A stretch of 22,853 nucleotides of DNA from Hydrolagus colliei (taxonomy: Eukaryota), in NCBI GenBank assembly GCA_035084275.1. It is one part of the record CM068769.1 of this genome. One strand, given 5' to 3'. The notes below the pieces were generated by a model. The model saw only the letters and a program-made list of their open reading frames with translations, was not told where the DNA came from and did not search any database. Each line of letters starts with the position of its first letter. The first letter of the stretch is position 1. This document shows, piece by piece, positions 20,020 through 22,853 of the stretch. Position numbers and translations under genes: made by a program.

Positions 20020-20330
20020 ATGATAATCCTTGCATTTAGTATAGCGCTTTTCACTTCTTGGAGTCGACTCAAAGCGTTTCCCAGTGTATACTGTGAAGTG
20101 TATTGACTATATTTTCTTCAGTAGCTGCATTTATCAAGAGATCAATAGCGTAGTAAAGTGATCTGCCAATCGACTAATAGATCGAGTACCTAATAACTGC
20201 TCGGTAAGCAGATCTATATTTGGGTCTGTGGAAAATGTACATTTGTAGTTTCGCCCAATCCCACCGGGAATCGAACTCAGATCCTTCAGCATGCGAGGCG
20301 AGTGTTCTAACCACTAGCTGTGGGAAACCA
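20020..20330 (-). mobile_element. tRNA-derived SINE in the Vf intron
   Basis: Head TAGTGGTTAGAACACTCGCCTCGCATGCTGAAGGATCTGAGTTCGATTCCC (about 20320-20266); L2-like tail aagcgctatactaaatgcaagg near 20030-20050. Confidence 0.7.
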
Positions 20331-20436
20331 CTTATCCACAAGTGGTATAGTATGTTGGTTATTCCATGCAATAACACTTTGGCTTTGAAGAACATGTAAA
20401 GGAATTGCATCCATATGGAGTAGGTGTTTGGCTTAC

Positions 20437-20482
20437 CTGCGAAGGTAATGATGGCGGCTGCCACATATATGTACATTGTCAT
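20437..20482 (-). CDS. Leader exon of Vf
   Basis: MTMYIYVAAAIITFA plus G (46 nt); donor GTAAGC at 20436-20431. Confidence 0.85.
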
Positions 20483-21139
20483 CTGTGTTAATGGCACCCT
20501 GTATTGAGGAAGCGCTGGTGGTTTAGTGGGAGAATGTTGGCTGGTAAACAGTAAGATACCATGAGGAGGACTGAACAGGCAATGACATAAACAGGTTGCC
20601 ATACACTGTGAGTGAGCTGGTCTGTGGTTTATGTACAACCTTTGTTTCTCTGTCACTGGGCGTCATCTTCTCTGCTCTGCCATCTCGCTCCTCCATTGGT
20701 TCTCTTCTAACACTGACATGCCTTTGATCAAATGGATGGCAGACACCTGCAGCAAGATAGATCGATAGATGCATTACATGTCGTCCAAACACATAAATGA
20801 GTTCCACACATCTGTACAATCTGTGGACTGATGTAGTTTAATGGTATCAACACTCGCCTTACAAGCACTTTGCCTGCGTTTGATGCCTGCTAGAGCAACA
20901 CGTTGGTCAAGTTTACTTACTCCACACACCGACCGAGGTTTACCGAGAGTAAGTAGGATTACGGTTGATAATCGCTTAAAGAGCAGCTTTCCAGGGAAAC
21001 AATCTCTCCCAGCATAGGGAACTCGATCCGCGTCTGTTTACAGGACAGTGCTGTGCCGAACTGAATGCGTCGTTTCGCCAGCAAAACGAAAACTAAGTAC
21101 ATTTTACGTTGTACACTGTGAAGTGATTTATATCTAGCT

Positions 21140-21215
21140 AGCTATATATATACATATATATATATATATGTACATCTATATATATATAATCTATATATAT
21201 ATATAAACTATATGT
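21140..21215. repeat. (TA)n-rich microsatellite
   Basis: Direct reading; occupies the position paralogous to the microsatellite at the window start. Confidence 0.9.
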
Positions 21216-21299
21216 ATCTTACAAAATAGGTAGGAGGAGGTGCTCAGAGGAACTCCCTCAGTGTGTGTGTATGGGGTTAGATAATTCCTTTATTTGTGT

Positions 21300-21531
21300 T
21301 GATCTCGGTCCTCACATCAAAACACTCAAGAATCTCGCACCATCCTACATTCGTGACTTCCTATCCCTCCCATCTCTTTACCAACCTGCCCGCCCCCTTC
21401 GTTCGGCTGGATCTGACCTGCTCTACGTCCCCCGATCGACCCTCCCAACCAATCGCGGGCGAACCTTCAACCACTCTGCCCCCAACATCTGGAAATCCAT
21501 CCCGAATTCATTCCGCCACAGTTTGTACTGA
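21300..21531 (+). mobile_element. L2 fragment, paralogue of 228-450
   Basis: KNLAPSYIRDFLSLPSLYQPARPLRSAGSDLLYVPR...WKSIP; collinear with the window start. Confidence 0.75.
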
Positions 21532-21626
21532 GAAGTGAATTGACTGTATGCGCTACTGTATAAACGTGGCAAGCCACTTCCTCTATTTTGCAACCCTAGT
21601 ACTCTAACCATTGGACTGCAGTCACC

Positions 21627-22447
21627 TGGGCAGACACATGGCAGATGAAGTTTAATGCAGAGAAGAGTGAGGTGATGCATTTTGGGAGAAGAAATGAAGG
21701 GAGGCAATATAGGCTAGATAGTACAATTTTAAATGATGTGAAGGAACAGAGATACCTGGGGATATGTGTTAGTGACTCGTTGAAGGTGGCAGGACAGGTA
21801 GACAAGGCTGTTAAGAAGGTATATGCGATACTAGGCTTTATAAATAGGGGTATAGAGTACAAAAGTCAGGAAGTGCTGACTAACCTCTATAAGACTTTGG
21901 TGAGGCCTCAGCTGAAATACTGTGTTCAATTCTGGTCACCACACTACAGAAAGGATGTGAAGGCATTGGAAAGGGTACAACGAAGATGTACTAGGATGGT
22001 GCCAGGTTTGAGGGACTTCAGCTATGAGGAGAGGCTAGATAGGCTATGGTTGTTCTCTCTGGGGCAGAGAAGACTGAGGGGAGACCTAATAGAGGTTTAT
22101 AAGATCATGAGGGGTTACGACAGGGCAAATAGAGAAAAACTATTTCCACTCGTGGGCGAATCTGTGACTCGTGGTGACATATTTAAAATAGTTTCAAGGC
22201 GAAGTAGAGGGGTGCTGAGGAGAAATCGTTTCACTCAGCGAGTTGTTCGAATCTGGAATGCATTGCCTGAAAAGGTGGTGGAGGCTGATTCGATAACAAC
22301 TTTTAAAAGGGAATTAGATCTTTATTTAGGGAGAACATGTCTATTAGGCTATGGGGAGCGGGCAGGGCAGTGGGATTGAATCGCTCTTTTCAAAGAGCCG
22401 GCACAGACTAGATGGGCCGAATGGCCTCCTTTTGTGCCGTAAAATTC
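21627..22447 (+). mobile_element. 5'-truncated CR1 3' fragment, same family as 2985-6492, inserted next to the Vg RSS
   Basis: Aligns by eye to 5650-6470; open RT C-terminal frame at 21645-22379; absent from the paralogous site at 545/546; ATTCTATG tail missing. Confidence 0.92.
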
Positions 22448-22466
22448 CTGTACAAAAACCTTAGCA

Positions 22467-22505
22467 TGTTTTTGTACAGGTCCTTCGTAAACACACATCA
22501 CTGTG
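22467..22505 (-). other. 23-bp-spacer RSS of Vg
   Basis: CACAGTG (22505-22499), 23 nt, ACAAAAACA (22475-22467); identical to the Va RSS over 39 nt. Confidence 0.95.
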
Positions 22506-22779
22506 CTCTCCGCACAGAAGTAAGTGGCGGAGTCAGACACTCGCACGTCTTGGATCGATAACGTGCTGTTTTTTCCAACAGTCAAAGCATTTATCCTCTC
22601 CTTCTGCTTCATCTCTCTCGATCCCAACACCAAGTAAGTGATGGAGCCGTTTCCATGCTGTTTGTACCATTGAAACCCTGGGCTGGACACTGTGGTGCTG
22701 CACTCCATAATTACATTCCGATTTTCATTCTCTGTCACAGCCTGAGGTCTCTGTGACACTTCACTTTCAGCCAAGACAC
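22506..22779 (-). CDS. TCR alpha/delta-type V exon Vg (recent paralogue of Va; leader outside the window)
   Basis: Same length as Va (274 nt) with 9 nucleotide differences; Cys23, Trp41 and Cys104 intact; acceptor at 22780/22779. Confidence 0.92.
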
Positions 22780-22853
22780 CTGGGAACATAGAATATTCTT
22801 GGATAGTATTTCATAAAGTGTCTGCAATAGAATTTATAATTATGTACCAGGAA

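Noticed and set aside
9845-20330. tRNA genes
   Set aside because: The tRNA-like segments lack complete acceptor-stem pairing and continue into shared SINE body and tail sequence, so they are SINE heads.
22422-22460. New plus-strand RSS using the inverted ACAAAAACC
   Set aside because: No CAC heptamer 12 or 23 nt upstream; the nearest CACAGAC is 43 nt away.
1-22853. Prokaryotic systems (CRISPR array, operons) and the remaining short ORFs of 60-100 aa
   Set aside because: The sequence is intron-containing vertebrate DNA with no regularly spaced repeat-spacer array. The short ORFs overlap repeats or V antisense strands and show no recognisable domains.

Overview
Eukaryotic, vertebrate DNA: part of a germline T-cell receptor alpha/delta-type variable-gene array. 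It is most likely from a cartilaginous fish, inferred from the style of the CR1, Penelope and SINE repeats and of the V domains; this was not confirmed by a search. Seven V segments lie on the minus strand and fall into about four families. I label them Va (591-864), Vb (9954-10263), Vc (12764-13046), Vd (14399-14696), Ve (17638-17921), Vf (19513-19822) and Vg (22506-22779). Each has a phase-1 splice acceptor and a 3' recombination signal (RSS) with a 22-23 bp spacer. Leader exons were found for six; that of Vg lies beyond the window. Vb and Ve are pseudogenes, Vd and Vf lack canonical Ig-fold residues, and Vc ends in a trimmable stop. An eighth, orphan leader exon with a dead splice donor sits at 8591-8636. 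Between the V genes are a 5'-truncated CR1 LINE (about 2985-6492), a CR1 3' fragment, L2 fragments, many tRNA-derived SINEs, a Penelope-type remnant, microsatellites and a GC-box array. Most striking observations: (1) a tRNA-derived Pol III A/B-box head starts a few bases 3' of essentially every RSS nonamer, always in the same orientation; (2) Vd has lost Cys23 but gained Cys at the Trp41 position; (3) a CR1 insertion beside the Vg RSS carries an inverted copy of the nonamer; (4) a duplicated upstream block carries a CTCF consensus site and an E-box.
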